Positions 36,301 through 44,703 of a stretch of 64,000 nucleotides of DNA are shown here, piece by piece (position 1 is the first letter of the stretch; each line of letters begins with the position of its first letter). Location: NCBI GenBank assembly GCA_902796855.1, contig CADBQN010000036.1, positions 4,878 to 68,877 on the forward strand. Reading direction: 5' to 3'. The notes beneath the pieces are model-generated. The model was not told where the DNA came from, searched no databases, and saw nothing but the letters and a program-made list of their open reading frames with translations. A program made the position numbers and the translations under genes. This DNA comes from an uncultured Bacillota bacterium (GTDB lineage: Bacteria; Bacillota; Dehalobacteriia; UBA7702).

Positions 36301-37434
36301 GGCCTTCATCTGGGTGCCGAGGGTGCGCTTGGCGTAAACGAATTTATCAAAGGGCCAGCGGGGCATTTTCACGACGGTATAGTCGATGGTCGGTTCAAAG
36401 GAAGCGAAGGTCTGGCCGGTGATCTCGTTGCGGATCTCGTCGAGGTGATAGCCGATGGCCACCAGAGCGGCGGTGCGGGCGATGGGATAGCCCGTGGCCT
36501 TGGAGGCCAGCGCCGAGGACCGGGAGACCCTGGGGTTGACTTCGATGACGGCGTATTCAAAGGAATTGGGCTCCAGCGCGAACTGGCAGTTGCAGCCGCC
36601 GTTGACGCCGAGGGCGGAGACAATCTTCATCGAGGCGCTGCGGAGCATCTGATACTCCTTGTCCGAGAGGGTCACCGCCGGGGCGATGACGATGGAGTCG
36701 CCGGTGTGGACGCCGACGGGGTCGATGTTTTCCATGGAGCTGATGGTGACGACGTTGTCGGCTTCGTCGCGCATCACCTCGAACTCAATTTCCTTCCAGC
36801 CGGCGACGGAACGCTCAATGAGCACCTGATGGATGGGGGAGGTGCGCAGGCCGTTCTCGGCGATTTCTTTCAGTTCTTCCGCGTCGTGGGCCATGCCGCC
36901 GCCGCTGCCGCCGAGGGTAAAGGCGGGACGGACGATGACGGGATAGCCGATCTCCCCGGCGAAGCGGAGCGCGGCGCTGACGTCGTTGACGACGAGGGAG
37001 GGAATGATGGGCTGGCCGATCGATTCCATGCAGTCTTTAAAACTCTGGCGGTCTTCGGCCTTGTCGATGGTGTCGAGGTCGGCGCCGAGCATCGTGACGT
37101 TCTCTTCCTCAAAGAAGCCCTCTTTCGCCAGCTGCATGCCGAGGGTCAGGCCCATCTGGCCGCCGAGGGCCGAGAGGAACCCCTGGGGCTTTTCCTTGCG
37201 GATGATGCGCTTCACCACGTCGGTGGTGAGAGGCTCGATGTAGATCTTGTCGGCGATGACGCTGTCGGTCATGATCGTCGCCGGGTTGGGATTGATGAGG
37301 ACGACTTCAAGGCCTTTTTCTTTCAGTGCCCGGCAGGCCTGGGTGCCGGCGTAGTCGAATTCGGCGGCCTGACCGATGACGATGGGGCCGGAACCGATGA
37401 CGAGGACTTTTTTGATGTTCTTATTCTGCGGCAT
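33388..37434 (-). CDS. carB: Carbamoyl-phosphate synthase large subunit (CarB, ~1073 aa) continuing in frame into a complete diaminopimelate epimerase (DapF, ~275 aa)
   Basis: CarB part: MPQNKNIKKVLVIGSGPIVIGQAAEFDYAGTQA... with two ATP-grasp halves and an MGS-like domain. The C-terminal 275 aa carry DapF catalytic motifs: NTDGTEGMICGNALRC, MGNPHCVVF and ETLSCGSGACAAAVAA. There is no stop codon at the junction (...NINELRRERTKVPFLK|MRACNNDYLYFD...). Confidence 0.85.
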   Translation of the reverse strand: MPQNKNIKKVLVIGSGPIVIGQAAEFDYAGTQACRALKEKGLEVVLINPNPATIMTDSVIADKIYIEPLTTDVVKRIIRKEKPQGFLSALGGQMGLTLGMQLAKEGFFEEENVTMLGADLDTIDKAEDRQSFKDCMESIGQPIIPSLVVNDVSAALRFAGEIGYPVIVRPAFTLGGSGGGMAHDAEELKEIAENGLRTSPIHQVLIERSVAGWKEIEFEVMRDEADNVVTISSMENIDPVGVHTGDSIVIAPAVTLSDKEYQMLRSASMKIVSALGVNGGCNCQFALEPNSFEYAVIEVNPRVSRSSALASKATGYPIARTAALVAIGYHLDEIRNEITGQTFASFEPTIDYTVVKMPRWPFDKFVYAKRTLGTQMKATGEVMAIAPTFEQALMKSIRGAEIGLKTLSMEKMAAYDDAALKEAAAEATDERLFAIYEALKRGVSPEEINSWNQMDVWFLTKIKKLADMERDLTQGELTPERYLAAKKAGFLDETIESLSGQKISAPAHAVYKMVDTCAGEFAAETPYFYSTFDTENEAEEFIAEHSTGKKKIVVFGSGPIRIGQGIEFDYASVHCVWTLKEAGFEVVLVNNNPETVSTDFNTADRLYFEALTPEDVGHILDTEKPWGVGVAFGGQTAIKLTKYLDERGENILGTQADSIDIAEDRERFDAILEEHGIKRPKGETVMTAEEALAAAERLGYPVLLRPSYVLGGQNMIIAFNDEDVTEYMGIILAQGIENPVLIDAYLMGVEVEVDIISDGEDILVPGIMEHIERAGVHSGDSIAAYPAFNLTGALTEQLIAASEKIAKSLHTMGLLNIQYVIYGNEIYVIEANPRSSRTVPYISKVTGLPVVDIATRAMLGEKIKDMGYGTGLFRSVPYFAVKVPVFSFEKLSGLDTQLGPEMKSTGEVLGIGRTLTEALYKGLVAANYRMDKGGGVFITVKNSDKGEMVDVARKFYESGFSLYATKGTARALFNAGMDVTTVPKISEGEGLMELLESGKIQYVISTSKKGRLPARDSVKIRRKAVERAIPCLTSMDTADALIDSLNSRYSQQTMELVNINELRRERTKVPFLKMRACNNDYLYFDCFDREITAPESVAVALSNRRTGIGSDGLILISVSDSCDAKMTQYNTDGTEGMICGNALRCVAKYLYESGVVRKRDMVIETASGPRNVRLYPRDGEVDSATVDMGKAVFDPIAVPVLLKPEKGNGVIGQSAVIDGKKYDITCVSMGNPHCVVFLDDIHSLDLRRIGPGFEHAPIFPERVNTEFVSVLGKNKLRMRVWERGSGETLSCGSGACAAAVAAVANGYCEKNADITVKLKGGDLVIRYTDDGVFMTGDAKKDYEGIIEL

Positions 37435-38524
37435 GTTCGTTTCCCCCTTTCGCGGCGATGATCATGTCGATGAAACGGTCAAAGAGAAATCCCGGATCGT
37501 GGGGGCCGGAAGCGGCTTCCGGGTGGAACTGGACGGAGAACGCCGGCAGGTCTTTATAGCGCAGCCCCTCGCAGGTGCCGTCGTTGACGTTCTCGTAGTT
37601 CAGCGCGGCGTTTTCCGGCAGGGAGGCGAGGTCCACGGCGTAGCCGTGGTTCTGGCTGGTGATGAAGATCTTCCCCGTTTCCAGGTCGCGGACGGGCTGG
37701 TTGCCGCCGCGGTGACCGTATTTCAGCTTTGTCGTTTTCGCGCCTTGGGAAAGGGCCAGCAGCTGGTGGCCGAGGCAGATGCCGCAGGTGGGGATCTTCT
37801 TTTCCGTCCAGCGGCGGATCTCCTCAATGACCGCCCCGTTGTCGGCGGGGTCGCCGGGGCCGTTGGAGAGGACCAGACCGTCCACGTTCAGGGCGGCGAT
37901 TTCATCGGCGGTGGTGCCCGCGGGAACGGAGATCACTTCGCAGCCGCGCTTTTTCAGCTCGGTGACGATGTTGTGTTTTACGCCCAGGTCCCAAAGGGCC
38001 ACCCGATAGCGGATCTCTTCGGGGGCTTCGACGATGTTTTCTTTCGCCGTGGTGGCTTCCACGCCGCCTTCCACGCGGTAAGCGCGGATCTTCGCCAGTT
38101 TTTCCTCTTTGTCGTCGAGGGAGGCGGTGATCATGCCGTTCATCACCCCGGCGGTGCGGAGGCGGCGGGTGAGGGCGCGGGTGTCGATATCGTAAAGGCC
38201 GACGATGTTCTTTTCTTTGAGGAAGGTATCGATGTCGCCTTCGCTGCGGAAGTTGGAGGGAACGTCGCACCATTCCCTGACGATGTAGCCCCGGACCCGG
38301 GGATGATCGCTTTCAAAATCGGCGGGGATGACGCCGTAGTTGCCGATGAGCGGGAAGGTCTGCAGGACGATCTGCCCGTAGTAGCTGGGGTCCGTCAGCG
38401 TTTCCAGGTAGCCCACCATGCCGGTGGTGAAAACAACTTCCCCGAGGGCTTCGCCGTCGGCGCCGAAGCTCTTTCCCTTGTAGGCCGTTCCGTCGGCCAG
38501 CAGAAGATAGATCTCTTTGCTCAT
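37421..38524 (-). CDS. carA: Carbamoyl-phosphate synthase small subunit (glutamine amidotransferase)
   Basis: MSKEIYLLLADGTAYKGKSFGADGEALGEVVFTTGMVGYLETLTDPSYYGQIV...; GATase triad region CLGHQLL. It overlaps the carB start. Confidence 0.95.
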   Translation of the reverse strand: MSKEIYLLLADGTAYKGKSFGADGEALGEVVFTTGMVGYLETLTDPSYYGQIVLQTFPLIGNYGVIPADFESDHPRVRGYIVREWCDVPSNFRSEGDIDTFLKEKNIVGLYDIDTRALTRRLRTAGVMNGMITASLDDKEEKLAKIRAYRVEGGVEATTAKENIVEAPEEIRYRVALWDLGVKHNIVTELKKRGCEVISVPAGTTADEIAALNVDGLVLSNGPGDPADNGAVIEEIRRWTEKKIPTCGICLGHQLLALSQGAKTTKLKYGHRGGNQPVRDLETGKIFITSQNHGYAVDLASLPENAALNYENVNDGTCEGLRYKDLPAFSVQFHPEAASGPHDPGFLFDRFIDMIIAAKGGNEHAAE

Positions 38525-39045
38525 TTCTGTGTTCCTTTCTTTCTCTGTTTATTCTGTATATTATAAGCGAAAAACGCGGATTTGTCTATAAAATAACATG
38601 ATTTATGAAAAAATTCGCATATTATTCTGATCTTTCTTTGAAAAAACCGGTCTTCCGAAAGGGGCGTGTCCCTTTCGAAAGGCCGGCGGCGGTCAAGGAA
38701 AAAGCGGTGTCTCTGCGGCGGCCGCCGGAGCGGCGTCGGTCGGGACAAAGCGTTCGTTATTCTCTTTCACGATGGAGAAGCGAAATTTCATAGGATTCAG
38801 GGACGTTCCTTTCGTCGTCTGCATTTCTTCTATTATATCAGTAAACAACGGAATTGAAAAGTCTTTTCTGCTCATTTTTCCGTTTTTGGCGGCGGAAATT
38901 TTTTGCCGTCGGTTTTTTCGGCGGGAAACGACAAAAAAACCCGTCGGAGCATTGAAAAAACCGCATAAATATGATAAAATTTTTCCAAAGGCAATCAGCT
39001 GAAAAATCGGAATTGTGAAATGAAAAAGTGAGAGGAGTCAGGCTG

Positions 39046-41238
39046 ATGAGAAGAAACAGAATGTTCAGTTTGCTGCTGGCCGCCGTGATGCTGCTCGGCG
39101 CGGCGTCCGCCGTGGCGGCGGAGAATTCCTTTACGGACGTGTCGGAAAAGGCCTATTATTACGAACCGGTGCTCTGGGCCGCCCAGGAAGGCGTGACCCA
39201 AGGAACGTCCGAAACGAAGTTCAGCCCCGATCAGAACTGCACCCGGGCGCAGATCGTCACCTTCCTTTGGCGGGCCAACGGCTGCCCCGCGCCGAAATCC
39301 GACGCCCATTCCTTTATCGACGTCAAGGACAGCGCTTTTTACTATCGGGCCATGCTCTGGGCCGTTGAGGAAGGCGTGACCCAGGGAACGACCGCGACGA
39401 CGTTCAGCCCCAACGATCCCTGCACGAGAGGGCAGGCGGTGGCGCTGATCCACCGCGCCCAGGGCGCGCCGGAAATCAGCGGCGGCGCCAATCCCTTTAC
39501 GGACGTTTCCTCCGCCAACTATTTCTATCAGCCGGTGCTCTGGGCCGTGGAAAACGGCGTGACCTACGGCACGTCGGCGACGACCTTTGAACCGTTCAAA
39601 GAATGCTCAAGAGCGCAGATCGTCACCTTCCTCTACCGCGTCTATTATAAGGAAGTCGCGCCGCTGGCCGCCTTGATCCGTCCCCAGGACGCCGAAATCG
39701 ACGAGGGCGAGACCGTTGAGCTGACGGCGGAAGTCAGCGGCGGCAAAGAACCCTACGCCTATCAGTGGCAGAAGAAGGAGGGGGACAGCTGGAAATCGCT
39801 GAGCGGCGCCGAGGAAGCGGCTCTGAGCGTGAGCGAAGCCGGCGAATACCGCTGCCGCGTCACCGATCACGCCGGTGATTCCGTGGTCGCCGCCGCGGCT
39901 GCCGTCACCGTGCGCGTCAGGGAACCGCTGACCGTCGTCACTCAGCCGAAAGACGCTGAAATCAATGAGGAGGAAACCGCCGTGCTGACCGTCGCCGTCA
40001 GCGGCGGCACGGCGCCGTATACGTATCAGTGGCAGAAGAAAGACGGGGAGACCTGGAAATCGGTGAGCGGCGCCGAGGAAGCGACTTTGAACGTGAGCGA
40101 AGCCGGTGAGTACCGCTGCCTCATCTCCGACGCAGAGGGCGCGGCGGTGACCTGTACCGCGGCTTCCGTCACCGTGAACGCTCCGGAACCGCTGACCGTC
40201 GTCACTCAGCCGAAAGACGCCGCAATCGACGAAGGCGACACCGCCGAACTGACCGTGGAAGTCAGCGGCGGCAAAGAACCCTACGTTTATCAATGGCAGA
40301 AACAGGACGGCGAAACGTGGCAGGCGTTGAGCGGCGCGGAAGAAGCGACGCTCACCGTGACCGAGGCCGGATCGTACCGCTGTGTCGTCACCGACGATAA
40401 GGACAATGAGGCGGTCAGTGAGGCCGCCGCCGTCACCGTGAACGTCATAGAACCGCTGACCGTCATCACTCAGCCGAAAGACGCCGCAATCGACGAAGGC
40501 GACACGGTTGAACTGACCATAGAAGTCAGCGGCGGCAAAGAACCCTACGTTTATCAGTGGCAGAAACAGGACGGCGAAACGTGGCAGGCGTTGAGCGGTG
40601 CGGAAGAAGCGGCGCTCAACGTGACCGAGGCCGGATCGTACCGCTGTGTCGTCACCGACGCCAAGGACAATGAGGCGGTCAGTGAGGCCGCCGCCGTCAC
40701 CGTGAACGTCATAGAACCGCTGACCGTTGTCACTCAGCCGAAAGACGCCGAAATCGACGAAGGCGGCGCCGCCGAACTGACCATAGAAGTCAGCGGCGGC
40801 AAAGAACCCTACGCCTATCAGTGGCAGAAGAAGAACGGGGAGACCTGGAGATCGGTGAGCGGCGCCGAGGAAGCGACCCTGAACGTGACCGAAGCCGGTT
40901 CGTACCGCTGTGTCGTTACCGACGCCAAAGATGACGCGGAAATCAGCGACGCCGCCGTCGTCACCGTGAAGGAAGCGGCCCCCCTGACGGTCACCGCCGC
41001 CGCCGTTGAAGCGACCCTCGGCGGGGACGGTACCGCCGTTCTCTCCGTCACCGCCGCCGGCGGCGCGGAGCCCTATGTTTATCAGTGGCAGAAGCAGGAC
41101 GGTGAAACATGGCAGGCGGTGAGCGGCGCGGAAGAAGCGGAGCTCACCGCTGAGGAAGCCGGCGTTTACCGCTGTGTCGTCACCGACGCGGATGGGGAAA
41201 CGGTCACCGGCGACGCGATCACCGTCACTGCGCCATAA
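39046..41238 (+). CDS. Surface protein: signal peptide + 3 N-terminal SLH repeats + six tandem ~88-aa Ig-like domains
   Basis: Signal peptide MRRNRMFSLLLAAVMLLGAASAVAAE. SLH repeats (FTDVSEKAYYYEPVLWAAQEGVTQGTSETKFSPDQNCTRAQIVTFLWRA ...). Repeats of PLTVVTQPKDAEIDEGETVELTxEVSGGKEPYxYQWQKxDGETWxxLSGAEEAxLxVxEAGxYRCVVTD. Confidence 0.85.
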   Translation: MRRNRMFSLLLAAVMLLGAASAVAAENSFTDVSEKAYYYEPVLWAAQEGVTQGTSETKFSPDQNCTRAQIVTFLWRANGCPAPKSDAHSFIDVKDSAFYYRAMLWAVEEGVTQGTTATTFSPNDPCTRGQAVALIHRAQGAPEISGGANPFTDVSSANYFYQPVLWAVENGVTYGTSATTFEPFKECSRAQIVTFLYRVYYKEVAPLAALIRPQDAEIDEGETVELTAEVSGGKEPYAYQWQKKEGDSWKSLSGAEEAALSVSEAGEYRCRVTDHAGDSVVAAAAAVTVRVREPLTVVTQPKDAEINEEETAVLTVAVSGGTAPYTYQWQKKDGETWKSVSGAEEATLNVSEAGEYRCLISDAEGAAVTCTAASVTVNAPEPLTVVTQPKDAAIDEGDTAELTVEVSGGKEPYVYQWQKQDGETWQALSGAEEATLTVTEAGSYRCVVTDDKDNEAVSEAAAVTVNVIEPLTVITQPKDAAIDEGDTVELTIEVSGGKEPYVYQWQKQDGETWQALSGAEEAALNVTEAGSYRCVVTDAKDNEAVSEAAAVTVNVIEPLTVVTQPKDAEIDEGGAAELTIEVSGGKEPYAYQWQKKNGETWRSVSGAEEATLNVTEAGSYRCVVTDAKDDAEISDAAVVTVKEAAPLTVTAAAVEATLGGDGTAVLSVTAAGGAEPYVYQWQKQDGETWQAVSGAEEAELTAEEAGVYRCVVTDADGETVTGDAITVTAP
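39658..41238 (+). repeat. Six tandem 264-bp repeats (period verified at 39922, 40186, 40450 and 40714)
   Basis: The string gaaccgctgaccgt[c/t]gtcactcagccgaaagacgc recurs every 264 nt. Copies 3-5 are nearly identical. Confidence 0.8.
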
Positions 41239-41543
41239 CGCGAAGATTCGCCGGGGAAAACCCGGAAAGATTTATGCTTGTGTCAAAAAGCAGCGCGCCG
41301 ATACGGTTCGGCGGCTGCTTTTTTGCGTGCGGAATTTGTTTCGTGTTTTCTCCGTTTCGCGAAAAAATTCGTGAAGGGGCGCCGGTTCGGAATTTTATTT
41401 TGCCGCGGCGGGGGTTATGATATAGAGGACCGAGGGGCCGCCGAAACGGCGCGCGAAGCCGGTGAAAAGGCCTTTCGGCGGGCAAAGGGGAGCGCTTTTT
41501 TTGGGGAGCGCCCGAACCCGTTTTATCGCAAAGGAGAGAAACA

Positions 41544-42215
41544 ATGAGTACCGTGATTTTGGCCTGCGGTTCGCTGCGGCGCTACGTGGAAGCCGCCCAA
41601 TCAAAAATGAGAACCGATTTCCCCGTGGTCTATGTGGATAACAGCCTTCACGCCGAGGCCGAGCCGGAGAAAATGAATGCCCGGCTTGAACAGACACTGC
41701 GGGAACTGCCGGAAGACGTCGATACCGTCCTCGTCGCCATGGGCTACTGCGGCGGCAGCTGGGAGAAAGTCCTCCATCGTCAGAAGCTGGTCATCCCCTG
41801 CGTCGATGACTGCGTTACCCTGCTCCTTCACACCGGTGACGAACGCTGTCCCAATAAAAAAGAAGCCGGTCACATGTATATCTGTGACAAGACTTCCGAT
41901 GATGACAACTTCTCCATTCCGGCGATCCGACGCAAGGTCTTTGCCGAGCACGGGGAATATAACGGCGATATGATCTTTAAGTCGTGGTTCGGCCTGTACC
42001 ACGATCTCGATATCATTGATACCGGGCTGTATGACTGTTATGATGAGGAATTCGTGACCTACGCCCAGGAAAGCGCCGACCTGATCTTCGCCGATCTGAA
42101 TTTTGTCGAGGGCAGCAATCATTTGCTGGAAAAACTGGTCGGCGGCGTTTGGGATGAGCAGTTCGTCGTAAAGGCCCCCGAAGAGACGATGGATCTCTTT
42201 GATTTCGCTCCCTGA
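41544..42215 (+). CDS. Hypothetical cytoplasmic protein (223 aa; possibly DUF1638-like, unverified)
   Basis: Strong AAAGGAGAGAAAC RBS; ILACGSLRRYVEAAQ ... LVAMGYCGGSW ... VIPCVDDCVTLLLH. No confident family assignment can be made from sequence alone. Confidence 0.5.
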   Translation: MSTVILACGSLRRYVEAAQSKMRTDFPVVYVDNSLHAEAEPEKMNARLEQTLRELPEDVDTVLVAMGYCGGSWEKVLHRQKLVIPCVDDCVTLLLHTGDERCPNKKEAGHMYICDKTSDDDNFSIPAIRRKVFAEHGEYNGDMIFKSWFGLYHDLDIIDTGLYDCYDEEFVTYAQESADLIFADLNFVEGSNHLLEKLVGGVWDEQFVVKAPEETMDLFDFAP

Positions 42216-42246
42216 CCGGGCTGTTTTCGCCGCCGTCCACGCGCTT

Positions 42247-42804
42247 TTACGGGAGATCGGCGCGAAACGGTTCTATGTATTTCTTCAGAATGGGGGGAAT
42301 GGTCCTCTCGAACATCGGCACGGTAATCTCGGTGGGGACGATCTCGCCGGTCAGCAGGCAATGCTCCATAAAACCGATGCAGCCGTATAAGAAGAAATTG
42401 ATGGCGTCGCTGATTTCTTTCGTCAGAATGTCGTGATGAATCTCCGTGATCAAATGGCACATATGGGCGCGGAAAGGCGGGAAAATGCTCTCCCGGAAGT
42501 TGTTTTGCTCGGTATAGCGCATGGCGTTGATGTAAAAGGAGTCGTGGGCGCAGATGTTGTCGACAATGGCGACGAGCTGTTTGTGGATGGTCGCTTCTTT
42601 GTCGTGCCAGCTGTCGGAAAGCGTATCGACGAGCACCCAGGAGATTAAATCGTGCTTATCCGTGAAATAATGATAGAAGGTGCGCTGGCTTATGCCGCAG
42701 TTTTCGCAGATCTGTCTGACGGTCACTTTTTTGACCGGGGCTTTGCCGACGAGCTCAATGACGGATTCCCGCAGGAGGTCTTTGGATCCTTTCTTCTTTT
42801 CCAT
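42247..42804 (-). CDS. TetR/AcrR-family transcriptional regulator
   Basis: HTH: KKVTVRQICENCGISQRTFYHYFTDKHDL. RBS AAGGAAAGGA. Confidence 0.85.
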   Translation of the reverse strand: MEKKKGSKDLLRESVIELVGKAPVKKVTVRQICENCGISQRTFYHYFTDKHDLISWVLVDTLSDSWHDKEATIHKQLVAIVDNICAHDSFYINAMRYTEQNNFRESIFPPFRAHMCHLITEIHHDILTKEISDAINFFLYGCIGFMEHCLLTGEIVPTEITVPMFERTIPPILKKYIEPFRADLP

Positions 42805-42972
42805 GAACGTTTCCTTTCCTTCTGTCAAAGTGCGCGTCCCGCCGTTTCCCGGGGCGGCGTCTCATTCGCGCCGAAGCGGCGCGGAATGATACGCGGGTGA
42901 AACGATTTGGGATTTACTGTCATTATAACATGTTTTATAATAAGATGAAACAAGTTTTAAGGAGGAATTGTT

Positions 42973-43371
42973 ATGAAAACAGCCGTGAGGTTCTGCTCCC
43001 GGTCGGGAAATACCAAGGCGGCGGCGGAAGCCATCGCCAACGCCGTCGGGGCGGAGGCGGTTTCCGTCGACGATGCGGACGCGGCCATCGCGGAACCCGT
43101 GGATGTGCTCTTCATCGGCGGCGCGGTCTACGCCCACGGGCTTGACGCTCGTTTAAAGCGTTATTTGAAAACGCTGTCCCAAAGGGACGCGGGCAGAGCC
43201 GTTCTGTTCTCCGTTTCCTGGTACTCAAAACACGGTCTTGACCTGATGAGAAAGGAACTGACGGAGCGGGGGATTCCCGTGGCGGATGAGGTATTTCATA
43301 TCAAAGGCAGGGGCAGGCCCGATGAAGCTCAGCTGAAAAACGCCGCGGCTTTCGCCCGGAAACACGTCTGA
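42973..43371 (+). CDS. Flavodoxin-like protein
   Basis: MKTAVRFCSRSGNTKAAAEAIANAVG is the flavodoxin FMN-phosphate loop pattern (S/T-x-S/T-G-N-T). 132 aa; AAGGAGG RBS. Confidence 0.65.
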   Translation: MKTAVRFCSRSGNTKAAAEAIANAVGAEAVSVDDADAAIAEPVDVLFIGGAVYAHGLDARLKRYLKTLSQRDAGRAVLFSVSWYSKHGLDLMRKELTERGIPVADEVFHIKGRGRPDEAQLKNAAAFARKHV

Positions 43372-43434
43372 ATCGTTTTCCCCGCGGCGGAGAGGTTCCG
43401 GCCGCGCTGTATCATGTTTATGGGAGGCAATGAA

Positions 43435-44091
43435 ATGGATGAAACGAGAGAACTGAACAATTACGAAAAAACGCTGCTCCGCGCCGAAACGGAATTTCTC
43501 CGCTTCGATCAGGAGGAGATCATCAAAGCTTCCGGCCTTCGCGCCGATGAGGACTTTATTTACGTGACTTTTTTCTACGCGCCCTACCGCGTTGACCGTC
43601 GGACCGGGCGGGTGGAGGCCATCGCGGCCGACGGCAGTGTCCGCCACGCCGAATTCAGCGAGGGGATGTCCATTTTCGACGCGATCTGCGAGCCGACGCC
43701 GTTCCGCTCCCTCAGCGGCGACTATGTCGATATCGGCTATTTCGCCAAAATGGGTTCCGGCGGCGTCAATCTGAGTCAGCAGCGCTACGCCGCGTTTTTC
43801 CTGGAGGAACAGGAGCGTTATAAGGAAGTCTGCGATGCGCTGGGAGCAAGGCCCTACGGCCGCTGCGATATCGGTTATGAGTTCGATGTCTTTCCCTTTC
43901 TGCCCATGGTGATCCAGCTGTGGGAGGGGGAAGAGGGGATTCCGCCGGCCATCCGCTTCCTCTGGGACCGCAACGCCAGAGATTTCCTTCGTTTCGAAAC
44001 CATGATGTACGCAAACGGACACATTCTGCGGTCGCTGACAAAGGCCATCGGCGGCGAAAAAGCCGAAAAAACGCTGGAAAACTGGGTGTAA
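43435..44091 (+). CDS. Hypothetical protein (218 aa; possibly DUF3786-like, unverified)
   Basis: GGGAGG RBS and coding-like composition. No recognisable catalytic motif. Confidence 0.45.
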   Translation: MDETRELNNYEKTLLRAETEFLRFDQEEIIKASGLRADEDFIYVTFFYAPYRVDRRTGRVEAIAADGSVRHAEFSEGMSIFDAICEPTPFRSLSGDYVDIGYFAKMGSGGVNLSQQRYAAFFLEEQERYKEVCDALGARPYGRCDIGYEFDVFPFLPMVIQLWEGEEGIPPAIRFLWDRNARDFLRFETMMYANGHILRSLTKAIGGEKAEKTLENWV

Positions 44092-44211
44092 CGCCCTTTC
44101 TTAAAAATTCACGTGATGTACATATGACGTTCCTTTGTCATACAATTAAAAATGTTAGCATACTAATGTTATTGTTAGGATGCTAATTTTTTTTTCGCGG
44201 AGGTATTCCCC

Positions 44212-44703
44212 ATGAACGAGACTCAGACCGTCAGCGCCGAGCTCCATTCCCTTGGCAACCTGATGAAGCGCCGCGGTGAAAAATCCCGTTTCTGCCGCTA
44301 CCGCCGGGCCACCCGGCTCACGGATATGCAGACGCGTATCATCGGGTTCCTTTACGATCATCGCTGTGAGGACATTTTTCAAAAAAATATTGAGCAGGCT
44401 TTTTCGATGCGCCGCCCCTCGGTCTCCATTTTGATTCAGGAGATGGAGGCGAAACAGCTCGTCGTCAGGGAATCGGTCCCCTATGACGCCCGTCTGAAAA
44501 AGGTGGTGCTGACGGAAAAATCCCTCTGCCTCGCCAACGGCGCCGAGCGGGAGCTCCGCCAGTTGGAAGAGATGCTCACCGAAGGGATCCCTTCGGAGGA
44601 TCTGGCCGCCTTCTTCCGGGTGACGGCCCGCATTCGGGAAAACATCGAGCGCAGCCTGGGGAGCGATCCCCTCGCGCCGGAGAAAGGGGGGAACGGCAAA
44701 TGA
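44212..44703 (+). CDS. MarR-family transcriptional regulator
   Basis: Winged-HTH region: LTDMQTRIIGFLYDHRCEDIFQKNIEQAFSMRRPSVSILIQEMEAKQLV. Confidence 0.8.
   Translation: MNETQTVSAELHSLGNLMKRRGEKSRFCRYRRATRLTDMQTRIIGFLYDHRCEDIFQKNIEQAFSMRRPSVSILIQEMEAKQLVVRESVPYDARLKKVVLTEKSLCLANGAERELRQLEEMLTEGIPSEDLAAFFRVTARIRENIERSLGSDPLAPEKGGNGK

Noticed and set aside
33334-37461. A 1375-aa ORF on the plus strand, with other very long antisense ORFs at 9972-11870(-), 15332-17656(+), 27354-28970(-), 44481-46493(-), 50914-53700(-), 18654-20063(+), 20365-21933(+) and 12274-13626(-).
   Set aside because: Their translations are low-complexity, Gly/Arg/Asp/Val-rich and motif-free. They lie exactly antisense to ORFs with unmistakable family signatures (CarB, FtsX, BCCT, Kor, ABC, CPA2, MttB, bEBP). 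In 60-65% GC DNA such stop-free antisense frames are expected by chance.
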